Source: Candidatus Latescibacterota bacterium (GTDB taxonomy: Bacteria > Latescibacterota > UBA2968 > UBA8231). Taken from it: DNA of 64,000 nucleotides. The notes under the pieces are model-generated. The model did not search any database. It saw nothing but the letters and a program-made list of their open reading frames with translations, and had not been told where the DNA came from. The stretch spans positions 2,784,001 to 2,848,000 of the forward strand of contig CBDCDC010000002.1 of assembly GCA_965215195.1 (NCBI GenBank), read 5' to 3'. This document shows positions 9,920 to 20,431 of the stretch, piece after piece. Position 1 is the first letter of the stretch. Each line of letters starts with the position of its first letter. Made by a program: the position numbers and the translations under genes.

Positions 9920-12271
9920 ATGCTGGGAATAGCTATATCCGCCGTTTTGGTCGTGGGACTGGCCCCGCCGGCGCACACCCAAATCTACATCGGTCTGTTG
10001 CTTGATTTTGCGGCCGAGGCAACCCATGCCGAAAGTGAGTTGGCCCTCCTGCAGGAAGAGATCCACAAGGTGCTAGGAGCTGATACGTCGGTCCATTTCC
10101 TCCCTGAGCATCTGCGTTTTACGGCCGGGCGTGCGGATCGAGCAGCAGCCGACTATCAGTCCCTAGCCGACGATCCGGCCGTTGATTTGATCATTGCCGC
10201 TGGGGCGGTGAGCGCCGCGATGCTGGCTGGGCGGGACGCCCTGCCCAAGCCGACGATCGCCGTGGGGATATTGGATGTGGACTTGCAGAAGATGCCCTTG
10301 GCCGAGCCGGGCGTCTCCGGGGTACACAATTTTACCTATGTCCTCAGTGCCCATTCGCTACAAAAGGACTTGGCGGCGTTCCACCGCATCTATCCTTTTG
10401 CACATCTGGCCGTCATCGTCAGTGAAGACCTGAAAGGCGATCTGGACTACGAGGGTTTCTTCGCTCGCCTCGCGGCCCCGTACGGGGCTCGGGTGGAGGC
10501 GGTCTTTTGGGACAAGGAGGCGCCCCTCCCCGCGCTGAGCGACGCGGTCGACGCGGTCTATTTGGCGATGGTCTTTGAGCGCCGACCCGAAGCGATCGCC
10601 CCGCTGGCCGCAGCCCTCGCCGAGCGCAAGCTGCCTTCCTTTGCCATGAGCCGGCCCTATGTGGATGCGGGGATGATGGCCTGTATCGGCGACGAGAACG
10701 GTCGCGAGCAGATTTTCCGCAAGCTGGCCCTCATCGTCGAAGGTATCGTCTTAGGAGAAGAACTGGCGGCGATGCCCGTGCGGCTCAACTTCGACGAGCA
10801 ATTGGTGCTCAATACCTCAGTTGTCCAACGAATCGGTCTTGACCTTTCCTTTGAAACGCTGTTTTCCGCTCGCTTTCTCGCGGCCGACGAACCCGCTACT
10901 GATCGCCTCTTGAGTTTGCAGGACGTTGTCGTGGAGGGCCTGCAGAGCAACCTCGACCTCCGCATCGAGAAGCGCAATGTCGAGCTAATTGGCGAGGATA
11001 TTCGCCGCGCCAAGTCGTCGCTCTTGCCCACCGTAGAGGCCGCGGCGACCGTGGTGCAGATCGACCCGCAAGTCGCCGAGCTCGCCTTGGGTCGGCAGCC
11101 CGAGCGCACCGGCGCAGGAACGGGTACTTTGCAGCAGGTGGTATTTTCCGAGCAGGTCTTGGCCAACATCAAAATTCAACAGTACCTCGCCGAGGCCGCC
11201 CGCCACCAAGCCGACCTCGTGGCGCTGGACGTGGTGCTGAATTTGTCCACGGCCTATTTCGATATCCTGCTGGCCAAGACCGGGGTGCGCATCCAAGAGG
11301 AAAATCTCGAGGCCTCGCGCCGCAACCTCGAGATCGCCCGCACCCGCCACGCGGTGGGCTATGCCGGCGTGGCCGATGTCTTCCGCTGGGAGAGCGAAGT
11401 GGCCCGGGCCACCCAAGCCTCAATTGAGGCGTTCAATGCCCTCTACTTGGCCAAAGTGCAACTCAATCGCTTGCTCAACCGGGCGGCTATCGACGAGGAC
11501 TTCGAGGTGGTGGACGCCCGTCTTTCCGACGAACTCTTCGGCCGCTTTGACCCCACCCGCATCGGCCGCTTGATCGACAATCCCCGCGACTTGGAGGTTC
11601 TGACCGACTTTCTCGTCGCAGAGGCCCTGCAAAACATGCCTTCGCTCAAACAGCTAGCGGCCAATGTAAAAGCGGTCGAACGCCAGCAGCGGATGAATCG
11701 CCGGCTGTACTACCTGCCTACCGTAGCTTTGCGCGGACAGGCCGACTACACCTTTTGGCGCACTGGCAAGGGGGTGCCGCGGCCGACCGCCGACCACCGC
11801 GACGCCACCTGGAACTTGGCGCTCACCTTTTCCTACCCTCTCTTTCAGGGCCACCAGCGCAAGATCGCCCTCGATCAGACCGCGATCCAACAGCAGCAAC
11901 TCCGCCTTCAGGAAGAGCGTTTGCGCCAGCAACTCTCCCAAGCCGTACAGATCCGCATGACTAACTTGGTGTCCAAGCGCACCAACATACGCTTTGCCGA
12001 GGTGGCGGCGGCAAGTGCCCAAAAGAACTTTGAACTGGTGCAAGACGCCTATCAAAAGGGCCAACTCGAAATCGCCCAACTGGTAGATGCCCAACGAGCC
12101 GCCCTTTCTGCTCGCGAGGCCGAGGCCGGGGCCGTTTATGAATACTTGGTCAGCTATCTGCGGCTGGAAAACAGCATTGGCGCCTACACCATGCTCATGA
12201 CCCCGGAGGAGCAGGAGGCCTTTAGCGGGCGCTTGACGGCCTTCTTCTCCCAAAAATCAAGCGCACCATGA
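9920..12271 (+). CDS. TolC-family outer membrane protein with N-terminal periplasmic-binding-like domain
   Basis: Signal peptide; about 320-aa N-domain; LSLQDVVVEGLQSNLDL followed by two OEP repeats. Confidence 0.8.
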   Translation: MLGIAISAVLVVGLAPPAHTQIYIGLLLDFAAEATHAESELALLQEEIHKVLGADTSVHFLPEHLRFTAGRADRAAADYQSLADDPAVDLIIAAGAVSAAMLAGRDALPKPTIAVGILDVDLQKMPLAEPGVSGVHNFTYVLSAHSLQKDLAAFHRIYPFAHLAVIVSEDLKGDLDYEGFFARLAAPYGARVEAVFWDKEAPLPALSDAVDAVYLAMVFERRPEAIAPLAAALAERKLPSFAMSRPYVDAGMMACIGDENGREQIFRKLALIVEGIVLGEELAAMPVRLNFDEQLVLNTSVVQRIGLDLSFETLFSARFLAADEPATDRLLSLQDVVVEGLQSNLDLRIEKRNVELIGEDIRRAKSSLLPTVEAAATVVQIDPQVAELALGRQPERTGAGTGTLQQVVFSEQVLANIKIQQYLAEAARHQADLVALDVVLNLSTAYFDILLAKTGVRIQEENLEASRRNLEIARTRHAVGYAGVADVFRWESEVARATQASIEAFNALYLAKVQLNRLLNRAAIDEDFEVVDARLSDELFGRFDPTRIGRLIDNPRDLEVLTDFLVAEALQNMPSLKQLAANVKAVERQQRMNRRLYYLPTVALRGQADYTFWRTGKGVPRPTADHRDATWNLALTFSYPLFQGHQRKIALDQTAIQQQQLRLQEERLRQQLSQAVQIRMTNLVSKRTNIRFAEVAAASAQKNFELVQDAYQKGQLEIAQLVDAQRAALSAREAEAGAVYEYLVSYLRLENSIGAYTMLMTPEEQEAFSGRLTAFFSQKSSAP

Positions 12272-13437
12272 AGCGAGGTACTATGCCAAAGCGGAATTTC
12301 GCCGCGGTTTCACAACGCCCTTTGGGCGTCGCCGGCTGCTGCGGGCGCTTTGCCCACGCTGTTGTCGGTATGGCCCCGCTGCTGGCGCTGGGCCTAGGGA
12401 TTGGCTGCGGCTCCGAAGCGGAGGTTGCTGAACCCGCCATTCGCCCGGTAAAATACGCCGCAGTCCGTCCCGCCAGCGCCGTCCAGAGCCAGCGTTTTGC
12501 CGGCACCGCCAAAGCCGGCATCGAAGCGAGGCTCAGCTTTAGAGCGGGGGGGCTCATCGAATCGATCAATGTAAAGGTGGGCGACCCAGTCCAAGCGGGC
12601 CAGCGCATTGCCGCGCTCGATAGCCGGGATGCGGTCCTCGCGTATGAACGGGCTAGGGCCGCGCTGGAAAACGCCCGGGTGCAAAAGGCCAATGCCCAGT
12701 CCAACCTCATTCGCGTGCGCCAGCTCTACCAAGTCAACAACGTCTCCTTGGCCGAGTACGAACAAGCCAAAAACGGTTTTGCCTCGGCTACTTCGAGCTA
12801 CGAATCGGCCCAGAAGAGTTTGGATTTGCAGGAGCGCCAGTTGGGATATAACGAGATATACGCCCCGGTCGCGGGCATAGTCAGCGCGGTCCACAACGAG
12901 GTCAACGAAGTGGTCCAGGCCGGTGCGCCCCTGATAGAGCTCAGTGCGGGAGACGATATCGAAATGGAGGTGGGCGTACCCGAGGGCTATATTGCGCAAA
13001 TCCAGATCGGCGATCGGGTGCGCGTGCGCTTTTCAGCCCTGCCCGGTCGGGACTTTGCGGCCGAGGTGCGCGAGACCGCCTATGCGCTCAACGCTTCGAG
13101 CACGTATCCCGTCATCGTGCGCCTCGAAGCCCCCGCCCCCTCCATCAGGCCCGGCATGGCCGGCGAGGTGGAGTTTCGCTTTGGCATCCGCGGGCCATTG
13201 GACCCGCTCGTAGTGCCCGTCAAAGCGGTAGGGGAAGACACCCAAGGTCCATTTGTCTTTGTCATAGACGAGGTCGACAAGGGCATGGGCACCGTCCACA
13301 GACGGCCGATCCGCATCGGCAAACTGTTGGCGGACGGTTTTGTCGTGGAAGAAGGGCTCGCCGACCGGGAATTGGTCGCTACGGCGGGCCTCAGATCGCT
13401 CTTAAATGGAATGAAAGTGCGCCTTTTGCAGGAGTGA
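12268..13437 (+). CDS. RND efflux membrane fusion protein
   Basis: LSFRAGGLIESINVKVGD, IYAPVAGIV, IRPGM; possible lipobox LGIGC. Confidence 0.92.
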   Translation: MKRGTMPKRNFAAVSQRPLGVAGCCGRFAHAVVGMAPLLALGLGIGCGSEAEVAEPAIRPVKYAAVRPASAVQSQRFAGTAKAGIEARLSFRAGGLIESINVKVGDPVQAGQRIAALDSRDAVLAYERARAALENARVQKANAQSNLIRVRQLYQVNNVSLAEYEQAKNGFASATSSYESAQKSLDLQERQLGYNEIYAPVAGIVSAVHNEVNEVVQAGAPLIELSAGDDIEMEVGVPEGYIAQIQIGDRVRVRFSALPGRDFAAEVRETAYALNASSTYPVIVRLEAPAPSIRPGMAGEVEFRFGIRGPLDPLVVPVKAVGEDTQGPFVFVIDEVDKGMGTVHRRPIRIGKLLADGFVVEEGLADRELVATAGLRSLLNGMKVRLLQE

Positions 13438-13453
13438 ACCAGCGACGCAATTT

Positions 13454-16400
13454 ATGAATCTCACCAAGATTGCCCTAGAAAACAACCGCGTCACCATCAT
13501 GGCCTTGCTGATGGTTCTGGCGCTGGGGGTGGCGAGCTATCAAACGATGCCGCGCGATAGCATGCCGCCCTACACGGTGCGCACCGCCTCGGTGGTGACC
13601 CGTTTTCCCGGCGTCGGGCCCGAGCGGGTTGAGGCCCTGATTACTGGCAAAATCGAAGAAGTGGCTCAAGAGTTGCCCGAGTTGAAAACCGTCACCAGTA
13701 CGTCGCAAAGCGGGCTATCGGTCGTTTCGCTACAGCTAAAGCAAGAAGTTCCCCCAACCGAACTCCAAGCCGTATGGGACCGATTGCGCCGCAAGCTCGA
13801 GACCATCCACTCAGATCTGCCCGAAGGGATCCACGGGCCCACGGTCAAGGACGATGGACTCGGGGTGGTGTACGGCATTGTGATCGGCCTGATAGGCGAT
13901 GGCTTCACTTTTGCCGAACTCGAGACGTACGCCCAAGACCTGCGCGACGACTTAATCAAGCTAGCCGACGCTTCCGAGGTAAAAATAAGCGGCACTCAGG
14001 AGGAGCAGATCTATCTGGAGTTCAACAACGCCCGCCTGGCCGAGCTGGGCCTTTCCGCCCATATGATCAAGAACAACATCGCCAGTACCAATATCGTCTT
14101 TTCCGGTGGCGAGGTCAGTTTGGAGGACGAGCGCGTAGTGGTCGAACCGACCGGCAGTTACGCCGACTTGGAAGAGCTGGGGCGGACCTTGGTGTCGGTG
14201 GGCAAGGGCGGGAGCGTTTACCTCGGCGATATTACCCGCATTGTACGAGCCTACAAGACCCCCCGACAGCGACTGGTCAGAATCAACGGTCAGCCGGGCT
14301 TGGCGCTCTCGGTGGCGCTCAGCAAAGGGGCCAATATCGTCAAGCTGGGCAAGGAAATCGACCAGTTGCTCGCCAGCCACCAAGCGCGGCTACCCTTGGG
14401 TATAACCTTTAACAGGGCCGCTTCTCAGGATTTTGAGGTGGAGCAATCCGTCGCCGACTTCACCCGCAATCTCCTGCAAAGCGTCGTTGTCGTCCTTTTA
14501 TCCATGCTGCTCTTTTTGGGGCTGCGCACCGGCTTGGTAGTGGCCAGCCTCATCCCCATGGCCATCGTTGCGACCCTTTTTGTCCTGAGCCTGCTCGATC
14601 TCGGTCTCAACCAAGTGTCGCTGGCGGCGCTGATCATGGCCTTGGGCATGTTGGTGGATAATGCCATTGTGGTGTCCGAAGCAATCGCGGTCAAGATGGA
14701 AAAGGGTGCCACCGCCAAAGAGGCCGCCATGGCAGCGACTGGGGAACTGACCGTTCCTCTCCTCGTCTCTTCGCTGACCACTTCAGCCGCTTTCTTGTGC
14801 TTCTTCTTGGCCGAATCGATCATGGGCGAGGTCGTCGGGCCGCTTTTCAGTGTGATTTCCATAGCCCTGCTGTCCTCTTGGTTGCTCTCCCTGACGATGG
14901 TCGCGCTGTTGGCAGTAGCTTTCATCAAGGTAAAACAGATCCCGGCAAAAAGAACCTTCTTTGAGCGCTTCAACAGCTATTACAAAAGCTGGCTCCTGCA
15001 AGCCCTCGAGCGGCCCTATTCCTTTACGGCCGGCATCGTCGGCTTGTTTGTAAGCTCCCTTTTAGGCTTTGGCTTGCTGCCTTTTATCTTTTTTCCCGAC
15101 AGCGAACGCAACTTGGTCACGGTGGATCTGAATTGGCCCTTGGGCACCAAGTTTGAGACGACATCTGCGCGGGTAAAACAGCTCGAGTCGCATATTGCGG
15201 ATAGCCTCCTCGTAGGCGCACAACGGCAGCGCGGGGTAGTGGACTGGTCGACTTTTGTCGGCGCGGGACCGCCTTCCTACGACTTGGGTTATCAGGCGGG
15301 CGAAGCCAAGTCGAGCTATGCGCACATGTTGCTCAACACCAGTGCGGGCGCAGACAACGAGTGGGTGATCAGCCGCTTGAATGCGTTTTGCTTTGCTGCC
15401 TTTCCCGACGCCGAAATACGGATTGCAAAATTGGCCGGCGGCGGGGGCGGCGGCGGTGCAGATGTGGAGGTGCGAGTCGTGGGGGCCGATCCAGACGAGT
15501 TGTTCGGCATTGCCGAGCGCATCAAGCAAAAACTCAACGAGATGGCCGGTGTACACAATATCGGCGATGATTGGGGGCCTAAAATCAAAAAAGTCGCCAT
15601 TGACATCGACCAGTCCAAGGCCCAGCGCGCCGGCCTGACCAATCAGGATATTGCCCTTTCGCTGCAGACTGCGCTCACCGGGTTTGATATGGGCGCTTTC
15701 CGCGAGGGCGACCAAAGTATTCCCATTGTCCTGCGCAACGAAAGCAGCGAGGACCTCGATGTGCGCCAGCTAGAGAGTATCAACATCTACGCCCAAGGTT
15801 GGGGCAATAATGTGCCTCTGGGACAAGTGGCGCACATTCTGCCTCAGTGGCAATTCGCCAAGATCAAACGGCGCGATCTGTACCGCACCTTGACCGTGAG
15901 TTGCGATGTCAAAAGCGGCTTTACGGCGCAGGATATCACCGACGCGCTCGTACCCTATCTCGAGGAAGCCAGCCAATCTTGGAAGCCGGGTTATGGCTAC
16001 GAATTGGGCGGCGAATCCGAGCAAAGTGCCGAGGCCATGGGCGCGGTCGCCGCCAAGTTGCCCCTATCCGGCTTTATCATCTTGGCGCTATTGATCGTCC
16101 AGTTCAACTCCTTCCGCAAGACCTTCATCGTCCTGAGCACCATTCCCCTCGGTCTGATCGGAGTCGTAGTCGGCTTGCTCGTCTTCCGCTCGTTCTTCGG
16201 TTTCTTCGCCTTTCTCGGCTTGATCTCGCTGGCCGGTATTGTCATCAACAACGCCATTGTGCTTCTGGACCGCATACAAATCGAACTGGATCAGTTCGGG
16301 CGGCCCCCCATGGAGGCCATCGTGGCCGCGGCGCAGCAGCGTTTTCGCCCCATTCTACTCACCACGTGTACGACGACGCTGGGGCTCATTCCCCTCTATT

Positions 16401-16519
16401 TGGGCGGCGGGCTGATGTGGGAGCCCATGGCGGTGGCCATTATGTCGGGTTTGCTTTTTGCTACGGTGATCACCTTGTTCTTCGTGCCGGTGCTCTACAA
16501 AATTCTCTTTGCAGTCTGA
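13454..16519 (+). CDS. RND efflux permease (AcrB/AcrD/AcrF family)
   Basis: 1021 aa; GMLVDNAIVVSE, GIVINNAIVLLD, RFRPILLT. Confidence 0.95.
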   Translation: MNLTKIALENNRVTIMALLMVLALGVASYQTMPRDSMPPYTVRTASVVTRFPGVGPERVEALITGKIEEVAQELPELKTVTSTSQSGLSVVSLQLKQEVPPTELQAVWDRLRRKLETIHSDLPEGIHGPTVKDDGLGVVYGIVIGLIGDGFTFAELETYAQDLRDDLIKLADASEVKISGTQEEQIYLEFNNARLAELGLSAHMIKNNIASTNIVFSGGEVSLEDERVVVEPTGSYADLEELGRTLVSVGKGGSVYLGDITRIVRAYKTPRQRLVRINGQPGLALSVALSKGANIVKLGKEIDQLLASHQARLPLGITFNRAASQDFEVEQSVADFTRNLLQSVVVVLLSMLLFLGLRTGLVVASLIPMAIVATLFVLSLLDLGLNQVSLAALIMALGMLVDNAIVVSEAIAVKMEKGATAKEAAMAATGELTVPLLVSSLTTSAAFLCFFLAESIMGEVVGPLFSVISIALLSSWLLSLTMVALLAVAFIKVKQIPAKRTFFERFNSYYKSWLLQALERPYSFTAGIVGLFVSSLLGFGLLPFIFFPDSERNLVTVDLNWPLGTKFETTSARVKQLESHIADSLLVGAQRQRGVVDWSTFVGAGPPSYDLGYQAGEAKSSYAHMLLNTSAGADNEWVISRLNAFCFAAFPDAEIRIAKLAGGGGGGGADVEVRVVGADPDELFGIAERIKQKLNEMAGVHNIGDDWGPKIKKVAIDIDQSKAQRAGLTNQDIALSLQTALTGFDMGAFREGDQSIPIVLRNESSEDLDVRQLESINIYAQGWGNNVPLGQVAHILPQWQFAKIKRRDLYRTLTVSCDVKSGFTAQDITDALVPYLEEASQSWKPGYGYELGGESEQSAEAMGAVAAKLPLSGFIILALLIVQFNSFRKTFIVLSTIPLGLIGVVVGLLVFRSFFGFFAFLGLISLAGIVINNAIVLLDRIQIELDQFGRPPMEAIVAAAQQRFRPILLTTCTTTLGLIPLYLGGGLMWEPMAVAIMSGLLFATVITLFFVPVLYKILFAV

Positions 16520-16626
16520 AGCGGGCGAGTTGCGAGAGAAGAATGGAAAAGAGCAGGCCGCGAGTTTTTCGCAAAAGGACGCCTCGTACGAAGCGCCTGC
16601 TGAAAACCGCATCAGTTCCACCCGAC

Positions 16627-16652
16627 GACGGCCCTAATCTGGGCTGTTTTTT
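16627..16652 (+). terminator. Putative intrinsic terminator after RND operon
   Basis: GACGGCCC-taatct-GGGCTGTT hairpin followed by a T run. Confidence 0.45.
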
Positions 16653-16693
16653 GTAGATTTTCAAAGTCGGGCTAAAGAGCTCAACGAGGAAAA

Positions 16694-18247
16694 ATGCGCT
16701 TCTTCAATACCGCCGGTCCCATCAAGCCCGCCCGCCACTACTGCATCCCGCCGCTGGAACGCTTGGACCTGAACGAGGTGCTCGCCCTCATCCGAGACGA
16801 GAAGTACTTCGTTCTGCACGCCCCCCGGCAGACGGGCAAGACCTCCGGCCTGCTGGCCCTGCGCGACCTGCTCAACGCCGAGGGTGCCTACCGCTGCGTG
16901 TACGTCAATGTCGAGGGCGGGCAAGCCCTGCGCGAAGAGGTGGAACCGGCGATGCGGGTCATTCTGGGCGAGTTTGCGTCCCGGGCGCGTTCTATGGGCG
17001 ACGAGTTCTTGCCCAAGGTCTGGTCCAACATTCTCGCCGAGTACGGGCCGGGTGCTTTGGGCGAGGCGTTGACGCGCTGGGCGGAGGCCGACCCTAAACC
17101 GCTGGTTCTGCTCATTGACGAGATCGACGCACTCGTCGGCGACACGCTGCTGTCGGTGCTGCGGCAGTTGCGGGCTGGCTATGACCGCCGGCCGGAGGGC
17201 TTTCCGCAGAGTGTGATCCTCTGCGGGGTGCGCGACGTGCATTCCAAGTCGGCCAACGCCGTCATCTTGGGCGGTAGCGCGTTCAACATCAAGTCGCGCT
17301 CCCTGCGTTTGGACGACTTCTCGCCGGACGAGGTGCATGCCCTGCTCGCCCAGCACACCGAAGAGACCGGGCAGGCGTTCACGCCCGAAGCACTAAAAAC
17401 GATTTGGAGTCAGACCCAAGGGCAGCCGTGGCTGGTCAACGCCTTGGCGGATCAAACTTGCTTCCGAGATGGGGCCGCGGCGCGGCGCGCCCCGGTCACC
17501 GCCGACGCCATCCTCGAAGCCCGCGAGCAACTCATCCTGCGCCGGGAGACGCACCTCGACCAGTTGACCGACAAACTCAAGGAAGACCGCGTCCGGCGCA
17601 TAGTTGAGCCGCTGTTGAGTGGCAGTGCGGAACGCCACTTCATTGACCGCGATTTGGAGTACGTGCGCGATCTCGGCCTCGTCGCCCAAGACCTGCCATA
17701 CCGCATTGCCAATCCCATCTACGCCGAGGTCATCCCCCGCGAGCTGACGTGGGTCGTTCAAGGGGAGTTTGAGCTGGAAACGGCTTGGTACGTCGAGGCC
17801 GACGGCCGCCTAAACGTCGGAAAGCTGATGGCGGCGTTCCAAGCGTTCTTCCGCGAGCATTCCGAGCACTGGGTAACGCGGTTCCAATACCAAGAGGCTG
17901 GCCCGCAGTTGCTGTTGCAGGCATTCTTGCAGCGCATCGTCAACACCGGAGGGCGCATTGAGCGGGAGTACGGTTTGGGTCGGATGCGTACCGACCTGCT
18001 GATCGTCTGGCCGCAGGGGGAGGAGACGCGCAAGATCGTGATTGAGTGCAAGGTGCTGCACAAGAGTTTGGAGCAGACCATCGCCGAGGGGTTGGAGCAG
18101 ACCGCTGGGTACATGGATCGGTGTGCGGCCGAGGCGGGTCATTTGGTGATATTCGACCGTCGGGCGGGTCGGCGTTGGGAGGACAAGGTGTTCCGGGATC
18201 GTCGGGCGTCGACCAGCGGGATTGAGATCGACCTTTGGGGGATGTGA
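16694..18247 (+). CDS. AAA ATPase with C-terminal PD-(D/E)XK nuclease-like domain
   Basis: MRFFNTAGP, APRQTGKT Walker A, LLIDEID Walker B, RTDL...IECK. Confidence 0.85.
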   Translation: MRFFNTAGPIKPARHYCIPPLERLDLNEVLALIRDEKYFVLHAPRQTGKTSGLLALRDLLNAEGAYRCVYVNVEGGQALREEVEPAMRVILGEFASRARSMGDEFLPKVWSNILAEYGPGALGEALTRWAEADPKPLVLLIDEIDALVGDTLLSVLRQLRAGYDRRPEGFPQSVILCGVRDVHSKSANAVILGGSAFNIKSRSLRLDDFSPDEVHALLAQHTEETGQAFTPEALKTIWSQTQGQPWLVNALADQTCFRDGAAARRAPVTADAILEAREQLILRRETHLDQLTDKLKEDRVRRIVEPLLSGSAERHFIDRDLEYVRDLGLVAQDLPYRIANPIYAEVIPRELTWVVQGEFELETAWYVEADGRLNVGKLMAAFQAFFREHSEHWVTRFQYQEAGPQLLLQAFLQRIVNTGGRIEREYGLGRMRTDLLIVWPQGEETRKIVIECKVLHKSLEQTIAEGLEQTAGYMDRCAAEAGHLVIFDRRAGRRWEDKVFRDRRASTSGIEIDLWGM

Positions 18248-18428
18248 GGGCATGCGGTTAGAGCGCGTGTGGCGTTTGACTTTCTGCGCGAAAATATCTT
18301 GAATACCAAGTTGCTCTCAGCACCCTAGCGTCTTCTACGGACAAACTGCGCGTTTCGCTGGGTAGCCCGCTTGGTTGCCCAACCTAGGGACTGTCGAACC
18401 AAAAACCAACTAAAAGGAGGATTGTGTT

Positions 18429-19265
18429 ATGAGCGAGTCGAGAAGCGATGCTAGATATACGATGGGGCGTACCGAGGAGGAGGAGGAGCGTCTGATTCAG
18501 CAGTCGCAACTATACGACGCGGTGACGCGGCGCTTTCTCAAAGAAGCGGGCCTCAGCAGCGGGATGAAGGTGCTCGATATTGGCAGCGGTGCCGGGGATG
18601 TAGCCCTGACAGCCGCTGAGTTGGTCGGGCCAAAAGGCACTGTCGTGGGCGTGGATGTAAATCCGGCGATTCTCGAAACGGCGCAGGCACGGGCGCAGAA
18701 AGCCGGGTTTACCAACGTCAAATTCATGGCCGGGGACGCCCGTGCGCTGGACCTCGGAAACGACTTTGACGCCCTGATCGGCCGACTCGTTCTCATGTAC
18801 ATGGCCGATCCCGCCGACGCCCTGAAACAGCTAGCGACCCGCCTGCGCCCGGGGGGGATCGCGGCCTTTCAGGAGGCTGATTTCACCCCCTATCGACAGA
18901 TGTATCATCCACAGACGCCCCTCGCGAACAAGCTGATCGATTGGGCTCTCGGAGTGTTCGAGCATTCCGGGGCGCACATCGGCATGGGCTTTGACCTGTA
19001 TCGCACTTTCGTCGAGGCTGGTTTGCCCGAGCCGTACATGCACTTTGAGTCTCCGGTTGGCGGGCCAGAGTCGTGGGCCGGGTATCAACTCGTTGTCAAC
19101 AGCTTTCGCAGCATGCTCCCGCTCATAGAAGAGTACGGGCTTGCAACGGCCGAAGAGGTTGATGTGGAAACCCTCGCCGAGCGGATTCGGCGAGAAGTGG
19201 TGACGGCAAAACGGCCGTTCGCTCTGCCGCCCCATGTAACCGCCTGGGCACAGCTTGCGAGCTGA
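18429..19265 (+). CDS. Class I SAM-dependent methyltransferase
   Basis: VLDIGSGAG, VVGVD, LRPGG; AAGGAGG RBS. Confidence 0.9.
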   Translation: MSESRSDARYTMGRTEEEEERLIQQSQLYDAVTRRFLKEAGLSSGMKVLDIGSGAGDVALTAAELVGPKGTVVGVDVNPAILETAQARAQKAGFTNVKFMAGDARALDLGNDFDALIGRLVLMYMADPADALKQLATRLRPGGIAAFQEADFTPYRQMYHPQTPLANKLIDWALGVFEHSGAHIGMGFDLYRTFVEAGLPEPYMHFESPVGGPESWAGYQLVVNSFRSMLPLIEEYGLATAEEVDVETLAERIRREVVTAKRPFALPPHVTAWAQLAS

Positions 19266-19352
19266 GCAGCGGGCGCAAAACCCCTAACGGCCGGCGTCAT
19301 AACCTTCTGTTTCTTCTTGCGTTGTCGTCTAACGGAGCGAGGAGTGGATACA

Positions 19353-20429
19353 ATGAGCAAGTGGAAAATTGCCGGAATCAACTTCGACCATCTACACATG
19401 GGCGACAACTTGCGCATGGCCTTTGAGCACGCAGACGCCGAGATCGTCGGCATTTGCGACGAGCAGCCCGAGCGCATGGAGCAGGCGTGCGAGGATTTCG
19501 CCATTCCGCCCGACCGGGTTTTCAGGGACTACCGGGCGTGTTTGGAAAAGACCCAGCCGGACATCGTCCTCCTCTGCCCGGCCACGGCCGAACACGGCGA
19601 GTGGACCGAAAAGGTCGCGCCTTTCGGCGTTCACATCATCGTGGAAAAACCCTTTGCCGCCACCCTCGCCGAGGCGGACCGGATGCAGCGGGCCATGGCG
19701 GGGACGGGCAAAGTGTTGGCGATCAACTGGCCGCTAGCTTGGTATCCACCGCACCGCACGGCGCAACGGCTCATCGCCGCAGGCGAGATCGGCGAGGTGA
19801 TCGAAGTCCACTACTACGACGGCAACCGCGGGCCGCTGTGGCACCTCGCCGACAAAGTGGAGCGCACGGCCGACGTGGTCGAGCGCGAAAAGCCCGCGAG
19901 TTGGTTTTACAAAAAGGCGGCGGGCGGCGGCTCCCTGCTGGACTACTTAGGGTACGGCACCACCTTGGGCACTTGGTACATGGACGGCCGGGCACCAATT
20001 GAGGTGACGGCCACTGTAGATCAGCCCCAAGGGCTCGAAGTAGATGAGCACTGCATTGCGGTGGCGCGCTACGAGCGGGGCCTGTCAAAATTCGAGACGC
20101 GCTGGGGCACCTTTACCGACCCTTGGACCCTGCAACCCCAGCCCAAGTGCGGCTTCGTCATCGTCGGCAGCGAGGGCACGATTAGCTCCTACGACTACGA
20201 GGAGGTAATCCGCGTGCAGACGCGGGCGCAGCCAGCAGCCGAGGAACGGCCGGTAGATGTGCTCGAACCGCCCTTCCAGAATCCCGTTCAGTACGCGATT
20301 CACTGCATCGAAGAGGGCCAACCCATTGAGGGGCCGCTGTCGCCAGCCCTGTGTCGCATCGGCCAGCAGATCGTCGATACCGCCTATCAGAGTGCCGTGC
20401 AGAAGCGCACGGTATCCCTGATTCAATAG
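19353..20429 (+). CDS. Gfo/Idh/MocA oxidoreductase
   Basis: HIIVEKP, GGGSLLDY. Confidence 0.88.
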   Translation: MSKWKIAGINFDHLHMGDNLRMAFEHADAEIVGICDEQPERMEQACEDFAIPPDRVFRDYRACLEKTQPDIVLLCPATAEHGEWTEKVAPFGVHIIVEKPFAATLAEADRMQRAMAGTGKVLAINWPLAWYPPHRTAQRLIAAGEIGEVIEVHYYDGNRGPLWHLADKVERTADVVEREKPASWFYKKAAGGGSLLDYLGYGTTLGTWYMDGRAPIEVTATVDQPQGLEVDEHCIAVARYERGLSKFETRWGTFTDPWTLQPQPKCGFVIVGSEGTISSYDYEEVIRVQTRAQPAAEERPVDVLEPPFQNPVQYAIHCIEEGQPIEGPLSPALCRIGQQIVDTAYQSAVQKRTVSLIQ

Positions 20430-20431
20430 CT

